Shown here: positions 24,069 through 37,168 of the stretch, in pieces | How positions within the stretch are numbered: position 1 is the stretch's first letter | Layout: every line of letters begins with the position of its first letter | Assembly (NCBI GenBank): GCA_951406725.2 | Contig: OX597824.1 | Span: 10,478,001 to 10,542,000, forward strand | Source of the DNA: Octopus vulgaris | Taxonomy: Eukaryota | DNA: 64,000 nt | Reading direction: 5' to 3' | Notes under the pieces: generated by a model | What the model was told of the DNA's origin: nothing | Database searches by the model: none | Seen by the model: only the letters and a program-made list of their open reading frames with translations | Position numbers and translations under genes: made by a program

Positions 24069-25199
24069 ATCATAAAGTATATTTGAGAAAGAAACATCCC
24101 ATATTCTTTTAAATCACCACCAAAAACATTACCTTTATGGTTTTATCTATGAATTTTTATCCATCTCCAATCTCTAAACTTCAGCTGAAAATCATAAGGT
24201 GCAAAGTGAACCAATGAAGGAAGAGAGAATCTCTGTCTATAGTTGCTTGACCTGCTACAGTAGCAGCCTAATCTCTCTAAAATGGAACATGGAACAATGT
24301 GTAATAGGAAAAAAATAGAAAGCTTATGGTTAGAAATCTGCTCACTCAGCAGCACACATAGGAGAAAGACTTAAGTGAAGTGGAATAGCTCTACTGGGAA
24401 TCCAGCTTTTTTTCTGCAGATTCAAGTTTGCTCGCATTCATGTGTGTGTGTGTGTGTGGGTGTGGATACATTGATCTCTAAGCTTCTTAGCATTTTAAAG
24501 TAATTTAATTCTTAAGTAAACACAATATTAATGATTGTACTGCAAAAAAAAAGCCCCACCTGTTGTCTATTTAAATTCAATTTTATTTCACCTTTTTTTT
24601 TTTTTAGACACACACACTACACTTTCAATGTTTCAATATTTAACTTGTTAAATCTAAATCCTCTTTTAAACTTCTAATGTTTATTTTTTCTTTCTTTCTG
24701 GTTGCATTATTTCTAACATCTGCCTTGGCCATTATTGTTTATCTCTAGATTAAATCCTTCCCTAAAACAAGTCTTAGTAAATATTTACAATAAAATTGAT
24801 TAGCTTATGTAGAGTACTCAAGCAATTTAAACACTTTCATTCCTACTTGTTGCAAATCTTCACAATAAGAATAATAGAAATAATGTTTAATTCCAATTCA
24901 TCTCCAAACAAACTCCTTACTTTTATTGACCACCCCAGCTACACTCTAGCCGTACTATGTCTTTCCTACCGAATCTGTAGACAGTTCCGATCACTTCACA
25001 GTGTATTTATTTACTCAGTTGGTGTTGGCATTCTTTCAGCTAACTGTCTGGCAACTCCAGTAAATTATTAACAATTTTCTGCTTTTGCATTATGTATACG
25101 TTTTAGGCACAGGCCTGGCTCTGTGGTTAGGAAACTTTGCTTTCCAACCATGTGATCTTGGGTTCGGTCCCACAACGTGACACCATGGGCAGGTCGTCT

Positions 25200-25627
25200 T
25201 CTTTTATACTCTTTTACTTGTTTCAGTCATTTGGCTGTGGCCATGCTGGAGCACCGCCTTTTAGTCGAGCAAATCGACCCCAGCACTTATTCTTTGTAAG
25301 CCTAGTACTTATTCTATTGGTCTCTTTTGCCAAACCGCTAAGTTATGGGGACATAAACACACCAGCATCGGTTGTCAAGCGATGTGGTGGTGGGGGGGAC
25401 AAACACAGACACACAAACATACATTCACGCACACACACACACACACACACTATATATATATACGATGGGCTTCTTTCAGTTTCTGTCTACCAAATCCACT
25501 CACGAGGCTTTGGTTGGCCCGAGGCTATAGTAGAAGACACTTGCCCAAGATGCCACGCAGTGGGACTGAACCCGGAACCATGTGGTTGGTAAACAAGCTA
25601 CTTACCACACAGCCATTCCTACGCCTA
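25200..25627 (-). mobile_element. SINE family B nested in an older plus-strand SINE head
   Basis: Family match. The host head at 25105-25200 continues after 25628. Confidence 0.85.
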
Positions 25628-25695
25628 TAGAAGACCAACGTCTTGTAAATGGATTTGGTAAGCAGAAACTGGAAGAAGCTAGTTGTTAATGTATA

Positions 25696-25925
25696 CAGGG
25701 TTGGCCAGATGTCACCAGACAGTAAATCAAAACCATTTAATTCCAAGATTTATTTATGTTTAACAACTGAATGAATTTCATAAAAGCATCTAAATATGAA
25801 ACATCATGGAAATTGTTCAAACAGAAGTCCTTGAGTGACACAATTTTCCAATCGAGTCAATACAGAATTACAGACATTATTTATGGAATTTTGATTTACT
25901 GTCAGGTGACTTTTGGCCAACTATG
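25696..25925. mobile_element. Tc1/mariner-type MITE
   Basis: TIRs CAGGGTTGGCCAGATGTCACCAGACAGTAAATCAAAA and TTTTGATTTACTGTCAGGTGACTTTTGGCCAACTATG, with TA flanks. Confidence 0.8.
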
Positions 25926-26121
25926 TATGTAAGTGTATGTGTATGTCTGTTGTGTGTGCCCTTGTCAAGACATAATGTGATTGTTATAAATGAGTATCAT
26001 TGTCATACAAGGGCTGTTGTTCATTTCCAGTCTTCTGTGAAAAACATCTGGCTATGGGGGATATATTATTGGGGGGTTTGGCACCGCGAAAGGCATCTGG
26101 CTGTAGAAAATCTTCTTCGGG

Positions 26122-26157
<36 letters not shown>

Positions 26158-26160
<3 letters not shown>

Positions 26161-26422
26161 AATAAAATAAAACATATGCATATATATAAACATATATGTA
26201 CGTACCTACCTCTACATGTACATATACACACATATATGAGTACAGGACACCAAAAGGACGTTGAACACAATGAGAAACGAAAACATAGACACAAACCAAA
26301 GGAACTGGACATTTTTTTAAAAACAGCAAAAAAATAGAGTACAGGACAATTAACACAAAGAACAAACCCCTTCTTCAGTTGCTAAAGGTTTCATCTACTC
26401 TACGTTTCGAAGGATAAAAGCG
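26158..26422 (-). mobile_element. Probable Penelope-type pLTR fragment inserted in (TA)n
   Basis: 3' end abuts (TA)n. The minus strand carries the hammerhead 3' half CGAAACGTA and a CTGAAGA motif, plus a T-rich body. 5'-truncated. Confidence 0.45.
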
Positions 26423-27561
26423 ATGTGTGTGTGTGTATGTATGTATACACAGATATACATACACAAAGGCAGTGAGCTGGCAGAATTGTTCGTACATTCG
26501 ACAAAATGCTTGGCAACTCTTTTCTTCTGGCTCTTGATATTCTGAGGTTCATATCCTGCCATGGTCAACTTTACCATTCATTCCTTTGAGGTTGATAACT
26601 GGAGGAAGGCTGATGTAGTCAATTTTCCCTTCCCCTCAGAAATGCTGACTTTGAACAATGTAGTGGACCAACGTTCAGTTCAGGGGGAATGTTGTGATCT
26701 CAGCCACTTGTACACCATGGAAATTGAGTAACAGACCTCATGATTTCTAGGGCTCAGACACATACACAAACACATACAGAAGATAGGGATCTGCACAATT
26801 TCCAAATACTAAATTAATTCTACTGATAAGGTATTTATTTGTCAAACCAAGGTTACAGAAGATACCCATGATACATGCAGGACATTTCCATTGTGCAGCC
26901 CAAGATGTTGCAGTGGGTACGAAACTGGAACCAGACAGATGGTTATGAAGTGAATGTAAAACCACACAGCCATGCAAAGAAGCTCACTTTGCAGCCACTA
27001 GGTTTTGGGTTCAGTCCCACTGCATACCATTTTGGGCAAGTGTTTTTTATTATAGCCCTAGGTTGACCAAGCCCTTGTAAGTGAATTTGGTTGACAGAAA
27101 CTGTGTCGAAGACCATCGTTTGTGTGTGTATGTCTTTATGTTTGCCCCACCCCTTGACAACCAGTGTTGGTTTGTTTACGTCCCTGTAATCTAGCAGTTC
27201 AGCAAAAGAGCCTGATAGAATAAGTGCCAGACTTTGAAAATTAGTACTAGGGTCAATTTATTCGACAAAACCTTTCTAAGCAGTGCCCCAGCATGGCCAC
27301 AGTCCAATGACTGAAACAAGTAAATGATAAAAGATAAGAAATACACACACACACATGCATACATACATACGTGTTTCCTCATCAATGTATATCCCTTGTT
27401 CATACTAGCATAAGTTAAAAGGTACTTCCTAGCACAGCATCATCATTTGACGCAGTCCTTCATCTCTTCTGAGGTTCAACCTCAAGAAATCAGCTGTTAT
27501 CATTTTTTTTTTCCTTTTTCTTCTTCAGTCTTCCTTTTCTTCATAATTTGTTCCATATAAA

Positions 27562-27692
27562 TAGGCGCAGGAGTGGCTGTGTAGTAAGTAGCTTGCTAAC
27601 CAACCACATGGTTCTGGGTTCAGTCCCACTGCGTGGCATCTTGGGCAAGTGTCTTCTGCTATAGCCCGGGCCGACCAATAGCCCCGGGTGTG

Positions 27693-27734
<42 letters not shown>

Positions 27735-28075
27735 TCGACCAATGCCTTGTGAGTGGATTTGGTAGACGGAAACTGAAAGAAGCCTGTCGTATATATGTGT
27801 GTATATATATATATATATTATTAATGTTTTATTAAAAAGATGATATAAAATATATATATGTGTGTGTGTGTGTGTTTGTCCCCCTAGCATTGCTTGACAA
27901 CCGATGCTGGTGTGTTTACGTCCCTGTCACTTAGCGGTGGTTCGGCAAAAGAGACCGATAGAATAAGTACTGGGCTTACAAAGAATAAGTCCCGGGGTCA
28001 ATTTGCTCGACTAAAGGCGGTGCTCCAGCATGGCCGCAGTCAAATGACTGAAACAAGTAAAAGAGTAAAGAGTAA
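27562..28075 (+). mobile_element. SINE family B with an extra (TA)n insert at about 27680-27735
   Basis: Full head and tail. cgaccaat is duplicated around the insert. Confidence 0.85.
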
Positions 28076-28097
28076 ATTGCTTGGTATCTCTTTAAAC

Positions 28098-28621
28098 CAG
28101 TGGTTCTCAAACTTTTACCGGCTGCTGCCCCCTTGACACCCAAGCTACATTCCTAGCGCCCCCTCATCCCAACAAACCATCACAAAACATAGACCTCTTT
28201 TTGAAGCAAATTCAATGCAACTGTATTTCACAAATAAAACTTAACCTAGCAAACCCATTTTTTGTTTTTACATGAATTACCACCCCATTATCGCCCCAAG
28301 GAAGTAATTTCTACTCTTCTCCTCTGGAAGCCATCTACTCGCAATACCAGAGGGCGCACACTCTCCTACCCTGATGTAATCTCCAGGGATACAGGCATCC
28401 AGCAACAGGACCTCCGTAATGCCATTATGGACCGTGAAGTCTGGCGTAGCATGGTAAATTCCATTGTCTCGCCCATGGTCGAACAATGATGATGATGATG
28501 ATGATCGCCCCAATTTTCACCTCACTACCCCATCATTGCCCCCACCTTTCTTCAATGCCTCTTGGAAGTTTCCACCCCACCCCCAGGGGGGGGGCAATAC
28601 TGCCCACTTGGAGAACCACTG
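28098..28621. mobile_element. hAT-type MITE containing an RTE-related 3' fragment (28301-28505)
   Basis: TIR CAGTGGTTCTC/GAGAACCACTG, with 8-bp TSD ctttaaac/ttttaaac. Confidence 0.85.
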
Positions 28622-28973
28622 TTTTAAACTATTGTAATGTCCCACCTGTGAACATGTTTATACCTGCACAGTCTTCTTTCTTTCATAGTAGATCAATTCT
28701 TTTTAAAGATCTATTATTTTCTCAACTTATTTTGCCTTTGTTCATAATGCGTATTAATATTGCACATCCTGTTGAGCATGCCCCCTTTGTTTCTTTCTGG
28801 CTTTTATAAATCTGACCATGTTTTACTATTACACATCATACATCAGGCATGGCTGTGTGGTTAAAAATGCTTCCTTTGGAATCACTTGGTTTTAGGTTCA
28901 ATCTCACTGCATTGCACCTTGAGCTAACGTCTTCTACCAATACCTTACGAGTGAATTTGATAGACAGAAACTT

Positions 28974-29190
28974 GGCGGCGAGCTGGCAGAAACGTTAGCA
29001 TGCTGGGCGAAATGCTTAGCAGTATTTCATCTGCTGCTATGTTCTGAGTTCAAATTCCGTCGAGGTCGACTTTGCCTTTTATCTTTTTGGGGTCGATTAA
29101 ATAAATACCATTTTTGCACTGGGATTGATATAATCGACTTAATCCATTTGTCTGTCCTTGTTTGTCCCCTTGTGGACAGTAAAGAAATAA
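28974..29190 (+). mobile_element. SINE family D nested in an old family B copy (28846-29440)
   Basis: Family match, with TSD agaaactt(gg). Confidence 0.85.
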
Positions 29191-29804
29191 GAAACTTGGT
29201 GGAAATCCGTCGTGTGTGTATATGCTTGTCTTGACACACCCATCTTCTATCACTTGACAACCAGTGTTGGTTTGTTTATGTCCCCATGACATAGCAGTTT
29301 GACAAAAAGAAGTCCAATAGAATAAGTACCAGACTTAAAGATAAATACTAGGGTCAATTTATTCAGCCAGCCCTTGAAGGCAGTGCCCCAGCTTGACCGC
29401 AATCCGGTGCCTGAAACAAAGTAAAAAAAGTAAAGAATCAGACAACCTATTCATCAGCTTGAAAAAATTGTTATTGAAAGCAGAAATAATTCCATGTCAT
29501 TCTTACTCTGGCTACTATGCTCTCAACACACCTTTCTCCTTCAGTGAGCAATTATTGGTTTTCCAGAATTAGTCAGTCAGTACACTTTTACCAGTTCCAG
29601 CTGCAACTAAATGTTAAATTATCCAATATAATGCATTAAAATTTCCATTTTCACACACACATTAGTTTGACTATTTTTTTGCACTGAAACTTGTTTGTCC
29701 AGATTTAAGTGTTTCTAATAAAGGAGGCTCTGGTGGAAGCAATCCCTTTTTTCTAAGCACAAATTTAGGATTTGTATTTTTGATTTAACCCTTATTGTAT
29801 AGAA

Positions 29805-30023
29805 CAGTGCTTTTCAAACTTTTTGCTGGAGCGGAATCCCAAGGAAACATTCCACTGGCTCGAGGAACCCCTGTGCAATAATTTAATAGTCTTATGCACA
29901 CATATCTGCACAGGAGACTTAAAAATTACTGCCGATTTTAGCAGTTTTGTAACTTCTTGCGGAACCCCTGGACTGTACTGGCGGAACCCTAAGGTTCCGC
30001 GGAACCCTGGTTGAAAACCACTG
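29805..30023. mobile_element. hAT-type MITE
   Basis: TIR CAGTGCTTTTCAA/TTGAAAACCACTG, 8-bp TSD gtatagaa/gtatagat, internal GGAACCC repeats. Confidence 0.85.
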
Positions 30024-30066
30024 GTATAGATGTAGTGTTTGTTTGATAAACTTTTCAATCATCATT

Positions 30067-30294
30067 TTAACCCTTTAGTGTTCAGATTACTCTGTCAAAT
30101 GCAAAGCTTATTTATCCACATTGTTTTCAATTAATCAAATATTATCTTATAGCTTTGAGATTTCAATGACGTGATTGTTTATTTTTAGAATGAGACATAA
30201 GAGTAGGTGCAACAGGCTGGATCTGGCCAGTTTGAGCATAAAACAGTTAAAATATTTGGGCCAGATTTGGCCAGTTTTAATACTAATGGGTTAA
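30067..30294. mobile_element. piggyBac-type MITE family F
   Basis: TTAACCCTTTAG ... GGGTTAA. Confidence 0.85.
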
Positions 30295-30510
30295 TGTTCA
30301 CTTTTCCATTGCATGCATGAGTTGGACAGATTTTATGAAGGCAGATTTTTGTATAGACGAATGCCTTTCCTGTCACTAACCCTCACCTGTTTCCAAGCAA
30401 GGCAATATTTTCCCATGGTTAGACATGCTTTTGTAGAATATTGGAAGTGAATAACATTTATTTACAACAATCACATGGTATGAAGACAAGCAGAGACAAA
30501 CATACTCACA

Positions 30511-30558
<48 letters not shown>

Positions 30559-30634
30559 AATGGATGAATGAATTATCCTTTGTTTACCGTTAACATGGAA
30601 AATTCAATAAACAGTTACCAGGTATATATATATA

Positions 30635-31389
30635 TCTTTATATAAATAAAACTGAGAATGTGTGTCTGTCTGTCTTTGTTTCCCTAAAACTTGAGAACTA
30701 CACAACCAATTTCATTTAAATTTTACATATGACTGACTTAGGGTCCGGGGAGCCCACAGCAATAACATATCTTCTCCACTACGATTCCCTAAAACTTGAG
30801 AACTACACAACCAATTTCATTCAAATTTTACACACGCCTTACTTATGGTATCATATCTTCTCCACTATTTCAGTATTACGTGTTAAAAGTGAAACAAAAA
30901 CATTTCTCTATTTTATGTCAGATACTTTCACTTTAACAATAAAAATAATAACAATTGAATTATATGTAGTAAGTAATAATTAAAATCAAACTAAAGTATA
31001 ATATAACCGTAACATAAAAAAAAGTAAAAATAGCAATTGGTATAAAATTGCATCAATGATTTGAACTTGAATAAGTGGTTTCCCATGAATGGGAATAAAT
31101 TAAAAATTAAAAATTAGCGTGCAGAAATGGAATAGTCCAGATGGATAATAAAAAATTAAATTAAAGAAAAGACTATTGTCTATAAAGTATACAATGTAGA
31201 GAAAAAAGAAGAGCTAACAATTCCAGTCTGTTATATATTTTGAGTATTTTTATCACTAGCGATATCAAGATATAACTTTGTATTTTGCATTTTATGTGTA
31301 GATGTATATATATAGATGTACATGTAATATGTACACATATATACATGCACTAGCACTATGACCCGGCAACGACGGGTCTTTAATGCTAG
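30635..31389 (+). mobile_element. Non-autonomous Helitron
   Basis: A|TCTTTATATAAATAAAA...(GTCT)n at the 5' end. The 3' hairpin GACCCG-GCAACGA-CGGGTC is followed by CTAG|T. Inserted in (TA)n. Confidence 0.85.
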
Positions 31390-31523
31390 TATATATATAT
31401 ATATATATATGTAAATGGATGAATGAATTATCCTTTGTTTATCGTTAACATGGAAAATTCAATAAACAGTTACCAGGTGTATATATATATATATATACAC
31501 ATACATACATACACACACACACA

Positions 31524-33227
31524 CTGGGTGTAACAGGTAAATTGGATCCATTTTAATATCTTTGATATAATCAGTACAACTTTGAAAGATCAAACACTGC
31601 AAGTTTCATGTTTATGCCAATTTATTGTGGCGTGTTTAGCACTCATTTCAGTTCAGTGAGACCGTCATTTATTTTCTTTATCAGTTCAATCCATTTACAA
31701 AATGATGCCTTAACTATTTTTTTCTTTTTCACTGAATGCTCGCTTGATTGAAGCCTTCAGTGAAGACATACTGTTGTGAGAAGTTGCGTTGGATATTAAT
31801 TACTTCATCTGCACCCCCAAAGCAAAAACTCACACAGATTCAAATCTGGCAAGCTAGAGGGCCAGATATCTTTAGAGACAAACATGGGCAATTCCTTCTT
31901 CGAAAATTCTTGCACTCTTTTCGAAGACTGGGCTAGCGCAGAGTCCTGCATAAACATGACTCCACTTGCATCATACATAATGCTTCCTAATCCAAGGCAA
32001 CAAAACTTCTAAGATTTTGAGATAATTTGCTGTGTTGATTTTAAGAACTGCTTCAATAAAATGAGGTGGCATCAATTTCCCATCACTTACTTGCAACAGC
32101 TCCAAAGACCATGATGGAAGCCGGATTCTTGCTATGCATAGCTGAAGGGATGTGGGAAGGGTCATACACTGTCACTTGTGAGTTGTGATGGTTTGCAACT
32201 TCGTCTATCAGGAACTCCCTTGCATCCATGAAGATGTGGACGTCTCCGCCACAATGTTTCAGATAACTAAGAAGTTCGGATCTTTTTGGTTTGAACGGCA
32301 GTTTTTAACATAATTTCTAGGTAACTAAACACTTTTAAACTTCGTATACTGGTAGAATGTGTTTACAAAACATCTTTTTCTCTTGGCTTTATTTAGAAAA
32401 TTCTATAATTTGTAAGATATTTGTTGTTTTTTTCCTTCAATTTCTGCAATTTCAACCAATCAATGACGTCCATTGAGGTAAATAACATTCTGTGCCGTAT
32501 GAATATGTCCCTCGTTTAAGAAACAGATTGGGTTTATTTACATTTCTGAAGAAAAAAAGATACCCTCATCCCCCTCCCCCAACCCTAAAACAGATTGAAA
32601 TGCAATAGATCGATACCAGGGTCATAATTATGGGTGACAATTTCATATGACACTGCTAGAAAAAACAGCCGTTCAAACCGAAAAGATCCAGAAGTTGGGA
32701 CTTCTTTCAGCTCAAATGGCTTTGGAGTGGGTAGTTGGGATGTTACAGTGTCTCCACATGTATGATTGCATATGGAGGTCTTGTCTCACAACCCTAGAAA
32801 TAGTCATTTTGCTGATTCCTCAATCTTGAGCCAACTTCACAATTGATTTTGATGGGTTCAACTCAGTTGATCTTTCAAGTCCTATTAAGAAGTGAGGTGT
32901 GCATTTTCACTCTTTACGAGGACCGTGAGGCTTTCTCTGAACACCCTGGCTTTTCTTCAAATCGGCTACAACTCTAAAAACAGTAGATTTGGCACACTTT
33001 GTGGTTCTAACAGTCTCCCCAGCACTTTTGCCAGCCCGGAACTATTCTACAATTACACTTCTACAGTTTAATTCTTCATTAATATTCATAGATTGTTCAA
33101 TCTGAAATACAAAATAGTACAAGTGATTGTTCAAGCTGATAATATTTATAATTTAGACTCCAACAAAATCTATACAATTAGAAATATACCTATTTGAAAT
33201 TTGTCCCAATTTACTTGTTACATCCTG
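31524..33227 (-). mobile_element. Decayed Tc1/mariner transposon, maT/DD37D-like transposase pseudogene
   Basis: TIRs C(T/A)GG(G/A)TGTAACA(G/A)GTAAATTGG. N-terminal HTH-like region, MPPHFIEAVLKINTANYLKIL, and FMQDSA...WPSSLPDLNLCE with 37 residues between the second and third acidic positions. Confidence 0.85.
32278..32689. mobile_element. MITE with GG-initiated TIRs (Merlin- or MULE-like) nested in the maT element
   Basis: TIR GGATCTTTT(T/C)GGTTTGAACGGC at both ends, with TSD agaagttc/agaagttg. Confidence 0.8.
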
Positions 33228-33233
33228 TATATA

Positions 33234-33770
33234 TCTATTATATAAAATCCGTTGTCTGTCTGTCTGTGTGTGTGTCTTCTAGGATCTCAGGCATTCTCCA
33301 TCCGATTGCCCTCAAATTTGATATGTAGATACCGACAGTATCAGGGCATTGAATAAGCCTTGAAAAAATTACAAAAATCGATTCCAGGTGAGAATGTGAT
33401 TGATATAGCCGTGGGAACATGCATTTGTGTGCGCAAGTACATAGGCTGTTGCAATCGATACTACGCGCATGCGAGAAAAATGCACGTGCAGTTTGCGCAA
33501 AAAAGCCGACTGGTTTAAAATAAAGCCACAAAATGTAGTATATTTAAGAAACCAAAAAAGTAAGATGCAAAAGAGATATTTTCTTCAAACTTGGCATGAA
33601 GGAAGGGAAGACTATTTGGTTTCTCAAGAAGTTTTTTTTGTGCCTTAACTTCGTTTAACAAAACCAAAAATTTTATTGAAATAAAGGCATGCTTAATTAT
33701 TTTTTAATGAAAAGAAAACACTGATTGCTTTTTATTCAGCAGATATGATTCAGCACCTTCCATTGGACAG
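33234..33770 (+). mobile_element. Helitron-like 5' portion
   Basis: A|TCTATTATATAAAA...(GTCT)n(GT)n...ccgattgccctcaaattt. No 3' CTAG terminus seen. Confidence 0.55.
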
Positions 33771-33790
33771 GGGGGGGCGTGTTACTCGTC

Positions 33791-33823
<33 letters not shown>

Positions 33824-34074
33824 GCACACGCACGCACACATATATACACTAGGGGTTTCTTTCTGTTTCCATCTACCGAAACCACTCAAGTCTTTAGTCA
33901 GCCCAGGGTTATAGTCGAAGATGCCTGCCCAAAGTGCCACGCGTTGGGACTGAACCTGAAGCCATATGGTCACCACACAGCCATGCTATTCACTACCTTA
34001 CAATATAATTTTTTTTTTATTTCATTTAATATCATCTTCCATGTTTTATTCTTTTAAATGTTATATTCAGACAG

Positions 34075-34460
34075 TGGAGGCGCAATGGCCCAGTGGTTAG
34101 GGCAGCGGACTCGTGGTCGTAGGATCGCAGTTTCGATTCCCAGACTGGGCGTTGTGAGTGTTTATTGAGCGAAAACACCTAAAGCTCCACGAGGCTCCGG
34201 CAGGGGATGGTGGTGATCCCTGCTGTACTCTTTCACCACAACTTTCTCTCACTCTTACTTCCTGTTTCTGTTGTACCTGTATTTCAAAGGGCCAGCCTTG
34301 TCACACTCTGTGTCACGCTGAATATCCCCGAGAACTACGTTAAGGGTACACGTGTCTGTGAAGTGCTCAGCCACTTACACGTTAATTTCACGAGCAGGCT
34401 GTTCCGTTGGTCGGATCAACCGGAACCCCCATCGTCGTAACCGACGGAGTGCTTCCATCC
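34075..34460 (+). mobile_element. SINE family C with tail type 2, 11-bp TSD
   Basis: tRNA-like head, tail ending cgtaaccgacggagtgcttcca, and TSD ATATTCAGACA. Confidence 0.9.
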
Positions 34461-34642
34461 ATATTCAGACAATGCTTTAATCTCAAAAAGAAAGTGTTAT
34501 GTTTATGATGAGGATTATTTCCATTTAAATGGTAATTTAAGTTGCTTTAGGTGTTCAATTGTTTAGTTTTAATTATGATATAATTTAGATTTCTGAATTG
34601 GTTAAACAAAGGTATTCTTATGAGTATTTTTGTAGCTTATTT

Positions 34643-35050
34643 TACTCTCTCTCTTTTACTCTTTTACTTGTTTCAGTCATTTGACTGCGGCCATGCTGGA
34701 GCACCGCCTTTAATCGAGCAACTCGACCCCAGGACTTATTCTTTGTAAGCCCAATACTTATTCTATTGGTCTCTTTGCCGAACCGCTAAGTGACGGGGAC
34801 ATAAACACACCAGCATCGGTTGTCAAGCGATGTTGGGGGTCAAGCACAGATATACAAACTCACACACACACATATATACATATATTTATACATATATACA
34901 ACGGGCTTCTTTCAGCTTCCGTCTACCAAATACACTCACAAGGCTTTGGTCAGCCCGAGGCTAGAGTAGAAGACACTTGCCCAAGGTGCCATGCAATGGG
35001 ACTGAACCCGGGACCATGTGGTTGGTAAACAAGCTACTTACCACACAGCC
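34643..35050 (-). mobile_element. SINE family B
   Basis: Family match. Confidence 0.9.
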
Positions 35051-35677
35051 AATATTTTCTTTAATATTTTTTTATTCTTTTTATTTCTTGTTTCAGTCAT
35101 TTGACTGCGGCCAGGCTGGAGCACCGCCTTTACATCTTTGTTTACATCTTTTTTTAATAAAAAAAGACACAGTGACGTAGCTAGGTCACTGTGTGACAGG
35201 TCAAAGCTCTAAAGAGTAGCCTAAAGATACACATTATCCTTGTGTGCGTTGTATGCTTTCTGTCAATATTAGAAATGCATGATTAATTAGACTAATTACA
35301 AACAGAAATGTTGAATGTTTTCACATTCCGATCCACAACTTGGTCTCCACTATGCTAATTTGGTTGCTTAGGTAACAAGCTACTTCTAAGTTGTGTTTAA
35401 TAAATTTTATTTCATGGCTACTCCTGCTGTTAGCTACTCTGGTGCATCAGCTAGCTACATACAAACATCCTGCCTGCCCATCTGTGATTTACATTGGGTT
35501 ACATAATGGAGACGCAGGAGTGGCTGTGTGGTAAGTAGCTTGCTTACGAACCACATGGTTCTGGGTTCAGTCCCACTGCGCGGCACCTTGGGCAAGTGTC
35601 TTCTACTATAGCCTCGGGCCGACCAAAGCCTTGAGTGGATTTGGTAGACGGAAACTGAAAGAAGCCCGTCGTATATA

Positions 35678-35710
<33 letters not shown>

Positions 35711-36343
35711 CAATTAAAAACCCTTCCCTACATCTCTACACACAACCCACTCAACAATGAGGCCTTCAGCACCATACTACAAAGCACAGCCCTGCTAAAG
35801 GGAGACCCAACGATGAACCGGATCCTTGAAACACACACCATCATTAAAAGTAAACGGCAACCAAAATCCTTGAAAAGGATTTTAACCCAAGCTAAACAGC
35901 ACTCAACATCAACCACAAAACCAGCAGTTAGAAAATGTGGAAGGCCCAACTGCGGAATCTGTGTCATCTTGGTAGAAGGTTCAGAATTTATACTAGAACA
36001 AGGCCATCAGCTCACCATTAGAGCAAACTTCACCTGTGCATCAGAAAACTTAATTTACGTCTTAACATGCGCAGGCTGCAATAGGCAGTATATAGGCCAT
36101 ACAAAAAATAGCTTACGTAACAGGATGGCGGTGCATAAATCACAAATTAGAAACCCTGAATACCGGAAAATACCGGTCAGTGGACACATAGATAGATGTG
36201 CTGCAAATGTAAATCCGAAATTTACAACTTACCCACTTTATAAATTCAGTGACAGCGTAACCTTCACGCAACGCCAAAATAAAGAACTTTATTTCATCAA
36301 AAAATTTAGACCAAGTTTGAACACCCTGGGCCAGGAATATTAA
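35711..36343 (+). CDS. Penelope-like element ORF C-terminus: linker, Cys cluster and GIY-YIG endonuclease (5'-truncated, no RT domain)
   Basis: Open frame from 35711: LPYISTHNP...RQPKSLKRIL...CGRPNCGIC...FTCASENLIYVLTCAGCNRQYIGHT...RMAVH...ELYFIKKFRPSLN. The Cys-containing linker is typical of Neptune-like PLEs. Confidence 0.9.
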   Translation, partial: QLKTLPYISTHNPLNNEAFSTILQSTALLKGDPTMNRILETHTIIKSKRQPKSLKRILTQAKQHSTSTTKPAVRKCGRPNCGICVILVEGSEFILEQGHQLTIRANFTCASENLIYVLTCAGCNRQYIGHTKNSLRNRMAVHKSQIRNPEYRKIPVSGHIDRCAANVNPKFTTYPLYKFSDSVTFTQRQNKELYFIKKFRPSLNTLGQEY

Positions 36344-36582
36344 AACAAAACATTGGTCCTCCGAAAAAGAAAAACGAAATTCTACCACAACCACTACGAC
36401 TGCCCCAACTCGCACTACTACTACAACCACCGTGGTCACTGTTGCTACGGCCACAGTGAGAGAATTATAATAATAGAGGTGGGGCGAATTACAATTTCTC
36501 AGATTCTTAAACAGTCACTCACGCTGACAGTGATATGTCTTAGGGAAGGAAAAATTTATAAAAAGATTTCTTTCTCTGCGAG

Positions 36583-36884
36583 CAGATCTAATTCTGATTC
36601 GTCAAAAAATTGATGACGTGTTACCTCAGTGGTCAAGCTATTCTCACCCTGCTTGATCGGTTTCCTCACACGATACAGCTATGGGTCAGACCCGATTCTG
36701 ATTCGTCAAAACATTGATGACATTTTTCTTCCGTGGTCAAACTACTCGTTCTGCTGGGCTAGACACCTAACAGGATACAGTCATGGGTCAGATCTAATTT
36801 CGATTCGTCAAAAAAATGATGACGTGTTTCTTCCATGGCCAAACTTGTCGTTCCGCTTGGTTGGTTTCCTAACAGGATACAGTT
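36583..36884 (+). repeat. Three diverged 101-105 bp tandem units in the PLE 3' region
   Basis: gattcgtcaaaa..tgatgac recurs at about 36595, 36701 and 36802, and each unit ends with gatacag. Confidence 0.75.
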
Positions 36885-37059
36885 AGGAGTCTTTTCACTA
36901 TATTCATTGAGGCTGGGTTTTGATTGGTTTGGAACTATATGACTATAAGAACATGAATTTTTTATATTTGACTCTATTGAATGTATGTCACAATTATGAA
37001 CTACTACATCATACTCTTTAAACATATAGCATGGACTCTCTTTATTATATATAAAAAAA

Positions 37060-37105
37060 TTTTTTTGATAAGATTCGTTATTTCAAGAACCGAAACATGT
37101 TAAAT
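37060..37105 (+). ncRNA. Degenerate hammerhead motif of the PLE pLTR
   Basis: TTGATAA-GATTC-loop-GAACC-GAAA-CATG-TT, which equals CUGAUGA-GGUUC/GAACC-GAAA-CAUG-UH after three transitions. Palindromic ACATGT stem III. Confidence 0.45.
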
Positions 37106-37168
37106 TAAAATTTGTCTAATATAGCAGCATTTTCAAACTTCATTTTTTACAAATATATATATATATAT

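Noticed and set aside
34075-34150. tRNA-Arg gene, and the other tRNA-like heads
   Set aside because: No complete acceptor stem or terminator. The sequence continues into a SINE body and is flanked by TSDs.
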